DNA from: Botryllus schlosseri
Lineage: Eukaryota
Length of the DNA stretch: 64,000 nt
Direction of reading: 5' to 3'
Assembly: GCA_051294905.1 (NCBI GenBank)
Contig: CM119378.1
Span: 2,606,001-2,670,000, forward strand
Under the pieces are notes generated by a model, which was given only the letters and a program-made list of their open reading frames with translations, did no database searches and was not told where the DNA came from. A program made the position numbers and the translations under genes. Below, piece after piece: positions 13,827-25,854 of this stretch (the stretch's first letter is position 1; every line of letters begins with the position of its first letter).

Positions 13827-14086
13827 GTTTGTTATGGTATTCATGGTGTTCGTCGACTACTATGGTCATTTACACGAGGCCAATTTTCTTCTATTTATTC
13901 CGTAGCTTGTAGCACGGACCACTTCTAGGTCTTTATAAGACACCGCTTACACGGATAATATGGCGAGGAGGGGACTAGATAAACTGCCAACACTTGAGTC
14001 GGATTTCTAGAGTCGACCGCGGTTGGACTCGAACCAGCAACCCATCGGTGTTGCAGCTGTGGATTATACCACTACGCTATCTCGCC
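13827..14086 (-). mobile_element. tRNA-derived SINE
   Basis: Minus-strand head GGCGAGATAGCGTAGTGG (A box), CTGCAAC (GCA anticodon-like), GGTTCGAGTCC (B box); TSD ACGTAT; empty site near 51300; second copy at 22743-23027. Confidence 0.85.
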
Positions 14087-14206
14087 ACGTATAACGGCAT
14101 GATACTACTTATAGCAGTGGTTTTGAACCAAAGGCTAACAGGGCAGTTAATGCTACAGTGTTTTGTTTGTTTCGCATATACGACAGTGGGGCTTGTCGCC
14201 TTATAA

Positions 14207-16323
14207 CAACGGTCGGGAACCTATCGCTCGCGAGCCAGATACGGCTCTTTTGGGCATAAGATATATGGCTCTTTTGCAATTTTTATTTATTTTTGTACTG
14301 AATTGATCAATAGTATATTGCAGCAACTTGCTAGCAAATTTTTATCACGGCTAGAATAATTATTCTCGTGATAGTATAAATGTGTCTTTGAGAGGTAAAG
14401 ACAATGCCATATTCAGGATCCTCAAATTTAAGTTGCTGTGGCCCCGGCGACCAAAATCACTCTCGAATTCGATGTATTCGACTCGAAATCTTGGATTGCA
14501 CGATATGTTGATTAATCAAAGAGAATAGCAGACATTCTGACGCCTGTAATACAATGCAGACATCAAATACACATTGTCTTCCTGATCTACGGCGAGAAAT
14601 GAACTGCCGTGAAAGTGACACTCACAATTACAAACTCAAACTACGAACAACGATATAGCTATCCCGGTTCTTGATTGGTAAGCAGCTTTGTAGTATCGCC
14701 GGTATCGGCGATAAAATGTAGGCGTGTAGCGCCACGTTACATGAATGCTTTGCTGAATGCCGAATGCTTTGAGAATTAAGAAGTCGATCTATATTTAGAT
14801 TTTCGGAATCTGCCGACAGTTACATTCGATTAAAATCAGTTATTATAAATTCTAAGCTATTCACGATTAATTTCGCTATCAATTGGGGGCTTGGCCCGTC
14901 TGTGCCTTACCTCTCCAGTTGATGAACATCGATCGATATAAAATATAGTGGGTATAATTGCTGTGGTGACCATGTTACACTCAACCTACTTATGTGATCA
15001 TGGATTCACGCATTTAAAAAGAGGATCACGACGCACATATGTTCTCGTATAACTGACGAAAGTCTGAATTTTGTATGAAGCTTATAACCTCCCCATTATC
15101 AAACAAGACTACATAGCAGTGACGTGCGGTGAGGTTCATGGCTGGTGAGGCACGGACCCCCCACACACGCACACAAACACGCACGCACGTAAAGTACCTG
15201 ATAAAGAGACCCAAAATGTGAATACCAACAGCAACGGGTATAAAAGAGCATGTTCTTTGCACACTGATAGCCGTTGCAATTCCATATTCTACAATATATG
15301 TAGGACTGGGCGCTATTGTGCTAATTGTACAAGTTTAGACGGATGATAATTACTATCTCTTCAAGTACCGGCATAAATTATCCGAAGCACATGAAAATAG
15401 CATCCTCATTTACAAATAATTTTTTCTGTAAAAAACACTAGATTTGCCGAATTTCGAAGGAAAATACACCAGGACACTAGGTCAAATCAAAATACACTGG
15501 ATCTAGTGTAAAAACACTAGGAGTGGCACCACTGACCACAAACAACGGCAACGCAAGCTATGTAAGTATACATCACATACCACAATTAAGGATTATAGGT
15601 ATTGTAGTTGAACACAGCATAAAGACCAAAAACAACGACAATGCAGCCTATGCAAGTAGCTATCACATACCAAAATTTAACGAAGCTATGAATGGAAAAT
15701 ACATAACAGCTACATAAGTAAGGGAATGTATTTGCTCCGCATTACGTATTGGCCGTCGCTACTGTATAATTCCTACAAGACTGTTGTATTCCGAAATCGA
15801 TAGCGCGTTTCACTGTGCTGCGATTGTCCAATTGTTAGCGAATAGTGCATGAGGCAGATTCGTTTGTGCCTCACCTGGCCATTGTTTCTCTGCGATGGCA
15901 TTGTCTGCATACCATGTAACACCAAAACACGCATCAAATGTAAAAAGCGTATAAGTAGTAGATTCGCACTTTTGGCGTTATCTACAGCTGTTGGAAATGT
16001 TAATTGTCCTAAGCTTCGAAAAATATCACATGGCACTCACTGTAATACGATTAAATAGATGTAACGTGCAAAGGATCTATTTAACTGAAGTTTCGCATGT
16101 TCAAATACGACAACTAGCATGATTAGTAGGCCTACGAGTTTTTACAGAGAAAATGTGGCGCAGACGACGAATCCCATTTAGATAGTTCGAATCGGCGATA
16201 CCATGACGTCACGAATTTTCAACTGTGATGTAACAGTTAATTTATATGTATTGTTCTTTGGGAGTCAAAATGGAAAAGTAAGGTCAATATGGCTCTTCGG
16301 ACGAAAAACGTTCCCAACCCCTG
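14207..16323. mobile_element. Non-autonomous hAT element family G
   Basis: Termini CAACGGTCGGGAAC...GTTCCCAACCCCTG; 8-bp TSD CCTTATAA; inverted relative at 48134-49175. Confidence 0.88.
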
Positions 16324-17077
16324 CCTTATAAGGTAATATGCGCCACAAAAATGACTTCAGTAATGTTTACTGCTTAGTAGCGGCCAGGCTCGCCGTTACT
16401 TTGGTATTTTTATTTATATAGGCCCGGGTCAGCGATGGAAGAGCCCAGATACATAGAAGCTATGCAGAAACGGGGCTCTAAGCCACTTCCGTTGGCGTTG
16501 TGACGGTGGCGCATAGCCGACTCCGCTACTCGTGATGCAGTGGCAGATAGTGAAATTGTTGGCCGTTTATGCGGAGTCGCTATAGCATTACGGGCCGCAA
16601 GATGGCCGCAAGAGGCCGCAGTCTTTGCATCGAAGGGCTGCATATTTCTGAAAATTGGGGATACCTTGGTAGGCTTGCATAATATTAGTCGCTAGTCTAG
16701 TATAGTAAATGATGACTCTAGTGGATTTCATCGCATCAACTTTATTCATTAAATATCACCGCGCCGTATCGATTACGTGGTTGGGAACTTGAACATGGCT
16801 TTGCACATGAAACGCAGCAATGTTTTCAGGTTCCATTTTTCATCATTCTATATCTGCTGCAAATGAAATAATAAACAAGATAATTCTATTTTGTTATATG
16901 TCAAATGACACGGCCCAGCATTACTATTTGTATTAATACAATGCATATATCATGTAGATATGGTTTCCTCTGGCGGTCATGGTTAACGATGAGTAAGATT
17001 TATTGTGCATTATCTTGATCAGATTTTGTATACAATATTTAAATTATGTATTTATCCACGTGTTATTGAAATCGAGG

Positions 17078-20000
17078 ATGCACAAAGTTGAATCTCACTA
17101 TTTTAAGAGCCGCCTTTTTCTTGCAATTATGGTTGGATGTATCTCAGGTATGTGAACGATATATTGTGGCATTCTGGTCATGAAGTCCCTATAATTCGCT
17201 TCCGCATACATAGCCTAGAGTTATCTCTATTCTTTGCCGTCGGTTGTGACGTGGTTGTTCGGTCACAGTTATAGCCAGACGGATATCAGAATTGTGTGCC
17301 AATAGCGACATCCAAATGTAACATTTTACAACTGGAATTTCCGGCAGGTATATGAAGATGAAAACAGACAGCAGGCCTATGACATATAAACTTCATATAT
17401 TTATTTCATATCATACACCAGATAAGTGAATAACTTATTGCCGGTCCTGCCTGCGTATTGGTAGTTCTAGTAACCCAACTATTATCATCATTTTCACCAA
17501 TACCATCGTCATGGGCACTGGCGTAGCCAGAAGGGGGATTTTCGATAAATTAATACAATGTGTAGTAATTTTCATCAGATGTAATCAACTTGAAGTTTTT
17601 CTTCGCGCTGCGCGCGATATAGAATTTCAGTACATTTTTCGTTGTTGGGTATAGGCTATCCGCCTCTCGATAAATTAAAATGAAAAAATAGACCTAAAAA
17701 AAATAAGCATGATATACAGCATTGAATCTAACTGTAATCGTGTGTGCTGCCCACAGTTGCGAAAGTATTAGGCACTAGCTTTTCGGCGCCAAAAACACTC
17801 CAAGGCAGATAAGTTTGAGTAACATCTACGTGCGATCCAAGAAACATCGCGAGCGTTAGTTGGCCGAAGATCCCGCGGAATCGCCCTGTCATTGCAATCT
17901 GAGTCCAGGGGTACAAATGCAACGAGCAGAGACAATAAATGTTGTGTCCAGCGAATAAATGAAAATTAGGAATCGTGCGCAACTCACCAAAGACTAAATT
18001 TATCTTTTAATTGGTTGTGGTACGTGTGTGCGATCTTTTGAGTGGCGACAACTTTATCCGAAAATAACAGCATGCTTCAACTAAGTAAGTAATTACGAAT
18101 GGCCCCCCGACTCCCACCATCCAGAAACTCATGAATAGTCTTACCGTGTGGCATGAATAGCTCAAGATGAATATTTGCGTGCTTTCTAAATCTTTGAAGT
18201 CCCTCCCAGAATGAAGTCCCACCAGTTGAGAGTGGGTGGGGGTGGGGAGGGGCGAGCCTGAATGGAGGCCCGAGTTCAGTTCGTAATTGAACATATTTTT
18301 TTGGTAGAATCAATAAACTTGAAATTTTTCTTCGCACTTCGCGCGATTTAATGTAGCGCTACATGTCTTGATTTTAATATGAGTATCCACTTGAGTCACC
18401 CCCCAAAAATATTCTAGTTTAATATATAAAAATAGGCATTTCGGCGCCGTTGATATATATGTCCGATTATCAGTTGTTCATTTACGTGCATAAATGGTCG
18501 GCACCGAATAGTCCTGTCTTGGCAATCTGAGAAGATGGCAGACCCCGGGATGAAATGCCAGCTTGGAATCGTGTGTGTCACGAGAGAGGTCTTTCTTTTT
18601 GTTTAGTCAATGGTACATTTGTGCGATTTCAATACCTTTTAACCATATAGCAGCCGGGAGGTCACGAAATAACAGCATGCAACAGATTAATTAATAACAA
18701 CGCCCGCCGCCCGTAGATGTATAATAAATTCTTGTATATCTTAAACGTGTCCCAAACTTTCGAATATACCACCTTCCTTAGCTCTAGCGGTAAATCTGAT
18801 CAAGTGGGCAAGTCTATGATATGCAATTACTAATACTATTGAGAAGATGCATACATGAATTACAAAATTTCTTCGCACTTCGCATCATAAGACATACTTG
18901 GTGTGCCTACATGACAATTAAGTCTGGCTTACGAGTAGCCATGACATAAAATGTCTAGGGGGCGTTTCCCCGTTCCGTAGATCGTCCTATGGGGTGTCGT
19001 CCAAGTCAATTGGGTGTGACATTAGTATTGACCAAATTCATCCAGTACCTTGGAAAATTTCATCGTATCGCGCGGAAGTAGGTGCGCACTGATCTTCCAT
19101 AACATATGTATGCGGGTGGGTAAAAGATCGTCCTAGCAGTTGTGGCGATAAGGGCCTAACACCAGAAAAAGGGGGGGGGGGTGCCTCATCAAATATTCTG
19201 GTTACGCCCTTGGTCATGGGCCGCCATATATCAAATCCACCATACTGCAGAGTGCAGACACTCTCACTTGGAGTCGTTGCAGGAGTGATGACGTCATTGG
19301 ACAGGCTGATAAACATTCTAAGTCAGAGTTGGCCGATACTGAAATTTCTGCGGAAGTAGATATCGGTTGTACTCTAGTCACAATTGTTATATAGCGCCTT
19401 CATCTATCAGCGTGGTTAACAGCATCTGTTTCATTCCAATGAAGCAACGGGTCAATGGGTATATTTTATTCAGAGAGATATTCATGTATATACAATATTA
19501 TACATTCAACTTATATTTGCATTCAAGTTTTCAACCGTTATGGTGTTTTCAAGGTGAAATTATGGTATTTTTATAATCCTCAATGTGTTTTTCAGTTTCG
19601 TGTATTGAAGTATTGAAGGAGACCATTGATGTGTGTGCGAACGCAAGCGGGATTATGATACAAAATGGAATTGTGTGTAAGCTATGGCTGTTCCAATCCC
19701 GCTGCTGCTCTACCAATGGATCATTGGTTTTCAATTTGAATGAAAAGGAATCTAGTATTTGGTACGATTGCAAACATACGCGTTGCACCACTCTCAGGAA
19801 TCTATTAGTAACAGGTAACAGTGTAAACAGCGATACAGTGTCGATACGACACAGCAAGACGCCGGAAACTGTGGACCATTTCGTGCTGTTCTGTACTAAA
19901 TATCCGTAGAACGGACCCATCTGAGCAAAACCGAACAAAAGTATCGTAGGCTACACCTTACACAGTGTTTTCCCTCATAGTAAATCAGATAATGATTCAA

Positions 20001-21807
20001 CCGTTAATTGACTTTGTTGTATTGACCGGAAGAGACATATGCCATGTTATTTCAGGAATAAGCAGTAATCACGGTTCTGGGGCACAAAGCCTTAGCAGCT
20101 AAGCACCACTCATCACAAATACCCACCCACCCACTTAACAAGACACTCACAGTTCTGACCAGTTTCTTCTTTGGTAATTCTCCCCTTATAGTCGCATGAT
20201 ATGAATTATAGTGACACGTTTATGAACAAAAACAAATACTGGATTCAACAGTACAAGGTTGTAACGTGGCGATGCGGAATATATATTTTCGATAGTACGG
20301 TATTGGATCATACAATATTCTCGAGATCGAATTGCCCACCAGGTACTCGATTTCTCTCACTATATCGCAATTGACGAGTTGTCCAGCCCCTGGCATAGCT
20401 CAAAGATTTGGAAACTGCTCACTTTGATAAGTCAAGATCTGAATAAAGATGTTGTCTCACGTATGCAGGTATTCCTAGCTATCCAATACTGTGGAAACAA
20501 AATGTAAAGGTGTCATTAACAACGAGGGACTTCCCCGTCGTTGTGCAATATTCTGGAACAAAGCGAAGGCATAAGATCTCATTAAGATACAGCTTCTCAA
20601 ACTTTGGTAAGTGCGATAAATATAACTCTAATATACATTTTAATAATATAGTAATTGCAGAAATATATTAAAACCCGAAGCTTTTCGAGCTGACACTCTT
20701 CAAGGGCAATCGTCAGCAAATGGAGAATTTCAAAAACATGCATCTAGCTACATTGCATACAACCAATTATGACGTCATCGAAACAAACAAAATGAAATAC
20801 AGGCAAACCTCGAGCGCAGCTAGTGGTCAATTTTTAGATTGAATAAAAATTCCTTGTGTCAGCTTGTGTCATCAAAAGGAATTTTTAGTCAATCTAAAAA
20901 TTGGCCACTAGCTGCGCTCGCGGTTTGCCTGTATTTCATGTTGTTTGTTTCTATGGCGTCATAATTGTTTGTATGCAATGAAGCTAGATGCATGTTTTTG
21001 AAATTCTCCATTCGCTGCCGATTGTCCTTGAAGAGTGTCAGCTCGAAAAACTTCGGGTTTTAATATATTTCTGCAATGAATATATTATTAAAATGTATAT
21101 TAAAGTTCTGTACCCCAAAGAGTCTCTTCAAATATAACTCTATTCGTTAAAACTAACGTAGGTTCTAATGGAAGCCACCTTACTTGTAGTCGTCGACGAA
21201 TCCATCTTCGAGGCTTTTATAAAAATTATTCAATTTAATTCAGCGCCCATAGAAGACGCTTTCCCAACCACGGACTCTACAGCGACCTCAACAAAAGCAG
21301 AAAATACGCCGACATCATCAGCATCATCAGTGAATTATGAACTTAACGCGACGTATTCAGTAACCCCAAGCAGTAAGTAATACAGACAGACATGAACAAT
21401 TGAACAGGTATTTCCGATTGAACATAAGCACCATGTTTTAGATAAATTATGCGGGCGTCGCGAGAGTAGGCCTACCGGTGACATCAATCAAATCGTATCC
21501 ATTATCTTGGGAAGTCTGCTGCTGATCACAGTCATCATGTTACTATTTTCTCTGGCGAGGCAAGAAATATTTATTGGGTTCACGGAATGAATGCATGAAT
21601 ATTGAGATGCTGCATGACTTCTTCTTGGTTAGCATGGATCACGTTACGAATTTATTTTGAAATCGAAACAGAACACGAAGGCTGATGAACTTGCCGAAGA
21701 GCCCAATAGCTGGAGAAGGAGACTCACAAATTTATGCGACGGTGACTAATACCATCACTACAGACGACTTCCAAGAAACCCGATTCAATGACCTCTATCA
21801 CATTTAA
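17078..21807 (+). CDS. Receptor family paralog 2, 269-aa type I membrane protein; exons 17078-17147, 19596-19814, 20469-20606, 21244-21372, 21442-21559, 21672-21807
   Basis: Six exons splice into one 810-nt ORF (intron phases 1,1,1,1,2). MHKVESHYFKSRLFLAIMVGCIS signal-like N-terminus; Cys-rich domain (IDVCANASG...LWLF...CSTNGSLVFNL...RDFPVVVQYSG...LRYSF); S/T stalk; TM IVSIILGSLLLITVIMLLFSLA; tail ...QIYATV...FNDLYHI*. Intron 5 has a GC donor. Confidence 0.85.
17516..19212. mobile_element. Non-autonomous hAT-type element in intron 1 of paralog 2
   Basis: Termini CACTGGCGTAGCCAGA...TCTGGTTACGCCCTTG; 8-bp TSD GTCATGGG; absent from paralog 3 near 54780. Confidence 0.88.
20631..21129. mobile_element. 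Foldback insertion (~225-bp arms) related to Penelope termini, in intron 3 of paralog 2
   Basis: Arms ~20630-20855 and ~20876-21103 are near-perfect inverted repeats; 13-bp direct repeat AAATATAACTCTA on both sides; arms share GTCAGC..GAAAAGCTTCGGG with 63220-63250. Confidence 0.75.
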
Positions 21808-22150
21808 TACGGCAAATCTCATAGTGTTCGGTGGAAGCCAAATAGATTGTAGCAAGGAATTGACATCAACGTGAATCTTGAAAGCATCATTTGGGCGAAG
21901 CCTGGGCGGAAATTCGAGGGCAGATTTTTCAGCAATGGCGTGATGTCACTGAGACTACTGGAGTGTGACGTCACAATGTCCGAAAGCGAAGGATATCCTT
22001 AGGGTTGTATTTAAAACAAACGGTGTTTTAAAATACTCTGTTTAAAACATGTTATAAACAGTGCTTTAAACAAATTTGTGTTTTTTAACGTATAATTATG
22101 CCGTTATTCCGTAAATACTTTCGGCAAAAATGTAGTATGAGCCTACAGAC

Positions 22151-23403
22151 TAGGGATGGTGTGAACCTCTGAAAGGTTCTGGTTCGTGTGAACGCGAACC
22201 TTTTTGAAAGATTCTGTGTGAACACGAACGCGAACCTCATGACGTCACGTGACGTCCTATTGCTAATTTCAACCCTATATTTCAATTAAGCGAATGCTTA
22301 TACAAATGTACTGTACATAATACCTAGCGACGAATCGGGCCTCATAATGGCACAGTGCTGAAGTACATATTGACGTTTTAAACGTCGCCAAATGTATCAA
22401 CTGAGGCAATCAAATGATATAATAATCCCATAAAATATATATCTTCCTTCGCTTTCCCAACAATTTCGACCTGACCGGACAATGTATTTGGCGCCTGAGT
22501 ATTGCCACAAGGATATTGAGCAGAATGTAAAACGGGTTTCTATACTTGCTACCGATAATGCCTCATTAACAAGCTATAAAGCTGTAGCCAACACCCCAAT
22601 CTTACATATTTGGTTTTTATGATACAGTATACATATGAAGTCAAGATAGACCCCGTACGCCTGCTAGATTTTTACATCAGAAGACGATATCAATCTCATT
22701 GATTGGTTGAATAAGCATTATTCGCTGACTACATGCAGTGCGTTTTTTTGTTTTGTTTTTTGTTTTGTGGTGTTCATGGTGTTTGTCGACTACTATGGTC
22801 ATTTACATCAGGCCGATATTTTTCATTATTTTCCGTAACTGCCGACTTATAGCACGGTCCACCTCTAGGCTTTTGTAGGACATCGCTTACGCGGATAAGG
22901 TGGTGAGGAGGAGCCTAGGTAAACCTCCAACACTTCGGTATCGGAATTCTGAAGTCGACCTCCGTCGTTCTCAAACCCGCACCCATTGGTGTTGCAGCCG
23001 CGGATTATACCACTGCGCTATCTCGCCACACGCATGCACTGCGGTCTTGGTGTTATGTGAATGCGGGTCAAGCTCACAGCAAAGAGTCACTAAATATTCA
23101 CAAACGGAAAGCTGGATATTTCGAGCAAACTTTTGTAACAATGCAAGTAAAATGTTTGAGATTGGCAAGATGCATGCTCTTTTAGTGTTGATTGTTTGTG
23201 CTGCCAGCACCATGCATAGAGGGGCCCGCAGTTGAAATGCAATAAAATTGGACCAAAGATGTTATAATGAAGTGAGAATTGCAATATATACAAAAGGTTC
23301 ACATTGCAGAACCGACCAAGGTTCTGTTGTGAACGCGAACCTCAAAATTTCCGAGGTTCACACACAGAACGCGAACGTGAACCTCACTTTCACACAATCC
23401 CTA
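22151..23403 (+). mobile_element. MITE family A copy containing a SINE
   Basis: Family A TIRs; 8-bp TSD CTACAGAC. Confidence 0.93.
22743..23027 (-). mobile_element. tRNA-derived SINE, second copy
   Basis: Homologous to 13827-14086; A-rich tail on the minus strand; degenerate B box. Confidence 0.8.
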
Positions 23404-24085
23404 CTACAGACAATTTGCACCCAATGTAGTCGACGTATACGATATGCAGTGGCTCGAACCCTCGAAATCGTCGTAGGTTCAACAGTTATAGCAAGTATAT
23501 ATAGATCATTGGTACGGGATGGATGTTCTAATGATGATCGCCGACGACCGTAAAAATGCTGCATAACGATGTAGTCCTGGTTAAGATATTTTTGGTCTGT
23601 TTATGACAGCGGACGGTAGCACCTTTCGTCGAAGGAGCCATATTTATCCTATAATTTCGATGGTCGATGGTAATCCTTTGTAACGTCACAAGTAAAAATG
23701 ATGACGTTAAGGTTAAAAAAAACTAAAAAAAAGCAATAAAAACAAGTTTTAAACTAGGACCTTGTTTTAAACATGTCTGTTTAAAATTGATTTTTGTTTT
23801 AAATGTAACCCTCTGTCCTACCAAGATAAAGTCGCTTTCGACGAGAGACGAAGTGGACTTAATAATGCATCCGATCTTTTCGCTATCAACAACTTTAGAA
23901 GAGAAGAGACGACACTGTAAATGCATGAGTATAGCTTCGCCTCAATGGATATCGATCTATAATTACGGTAAATGTGTGTGTAGTGTGCATAAAATTGTAG
24001 TGCTGGGTCAAAAATTCTTTCGTAAATCACATCGTTGCGCTTGCAACCTCCGTATGTGTGCAGTGCTGTGCAAATATACTTAAAT

Positions 24086-24423
24086 TAGGGTTACTATTGT
24101 TTGAAAATCTGAAAAAAGGACACTTTTTCAAAAATTTTCAGACTTGTGTTACCGGAAGAAAATCCTGAAAAATGGTAAATTTTACCCACTTCGTGGTCCC
24201 AAGACTACAAAAAAGTTCAACTTTCCGGCTCAACCCCGAAATAGCCGTCGGAGCGTTACTTCAGTGCTGATTTACTGTATCTGATTCGGATTTTGCCCTA
24301 TATTTATCCAAATTCTCAAAAAAGAGAACAAAATCTCAAAAAAGAGGACGTTTTGGCGTCCTCCGACGACACTTTCAAAATAAGAGGGAAAATCCTCTTA
24401 AAAGAGGAGGTATGGTAACCGTA
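24086..24423 (+). mobile_element. MITE family C copy
   Basis: Termini TAGGGTTAC...GGTAACCGTA; near-TSD ACTTAAAT/ACATAAAT. Confidence 0.78.
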
Positions 24424-24465
24424 ACATAAATGCTATTTACATTATAAGTTACAGTTTGGTAACTA

Positions 24466-25429
24466 TAGGGATGGTGTGAACATCTGAAAGGTTCAGGTTC
24501 GTGTGAACGTGAACCTCATGACGTCATATTGCTTATTCCAACCCTACAATTCAGTGAAGTGATAGCCTATATTAATGTAAAGATTGTACACGATGTCTAG
24601 TGACGACTCAGGCCACATGATGCCACAATGCTGAAGTATATTGACGTTTTAAACGTCGCCAAATGTATCAACTGGGGCAGTCAAATAATATAATGATCCC
24701 ATGAAATCAATATCTTCCGTCGCTTTGCCAATAGTTTCGACGACAACTTGCAAGGGAATATAAGCTTACACCTGAACGGTCTAGGCTTGACCGGGCAATG
24801 TATTCAGCGTCAGAGTATTGCTACGTTGATATTGAGCAGAGTGTAAAACGGGTTTCTATACTTATTGGTACCGATATCACCCCACTAACAAGTTATATAG
24901 CAGTAGCCAACACCCCAATCCCACGGATTTGGTTTTTATGATACAATAAACATACGAAGTCAATATTGACACCGTACGCCTTCTAGATTTTTACATCAGA
25001 AAACAAAATCAATTTCATTGATTAGTTGAATACGAGTCATACGCTCACTACCTATACCTGTAATGCATTTCGCTCTTGATGATGTGTGATTGCTGGTCAA
25101 GCTCAGAGCAGACAGTCACTAAATATTCACAAACGGAAAGCTGGATATTGCGAGAAATCTTTTATAGCAAAGCATTTGAGATTGTCAAGGTGCATGCTTG
25201 TTTAGTGTTGATTTTTTTACGCTGCCAGCGCCATGCATAGAGTGGCCCAAAGTTGAAATGCAATGAATTTCAACCAAAGATGTTATAATGAAGTGGAAAT
25301 TGTAATATATGAAAAAGGTTCACAGTGTAAAACCTACCAAGGTTCGTTTGTGAATGTGAACCTCTAAATTTCAGAACTTCACACACAGAACGCGAACGTG
25401 AACCTCACGTTCACTTCACACCATCCCTA
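24466..25429 (+). mobile_element. MITE family A copy
   Basis: Family A TIRs and body; TTGGTAAC repeated on both flanks (offset by 2 bp on the left). Confidence 0.92.
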
Positions 25430-25854
25430 TTGGTAACCTGTACAAAATATGCAACTGAGACTTTTATCAGCTGAAAAGAGCACAATGCGAAATACGACTT
25501 CGCGCACTACTAAAGGAACTACAGCGGAATATATTCACACACGATTTTGTAAGTCGGATAAAATGATTGCAGAAAAATTGTCACACATTATCTCAAGATA
25601 TTAACATTTTCAAGAAACACCCGATAAGACTTCGTACTTCATACGAACACTTGATAGGAAATGACACGATATGAATATATTTGTTAGTGTTATGAAATTC
25701 TAATTGCATTCGAATTTATATCTGGTTCAATAAAGACTATTTATCCGTTGGAGCGGTTGCAACAAATCCTCATATGTATCTAGAAGACAGGCTGTAGCGG
25801 GAGCTGGACTATTCGCACCGGTCATTTCGGCGCCTGGACAGTGGACATATCAAT

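Larger units (their letters stand above)
22000..23813. mobile_element. DNA-transposon-like insertion downstream of the paralog 2 stop codon, hosting MITE A
   Basis: Termini TAGGGTTGTATTTAAAACAAA...TTTGTTTTAAATGTAACCCT; interrupts sequence that is contiguous in paralog 1 (near 9245). Confidence 0.7.

Noticed and set aside
14010..14086. tRNA-Cys-like gene
   Set aside because: The acceptor stem does not close. It continues into a shared body and tail, has a TSD and an empty paralogous site, so it is a SINE head.
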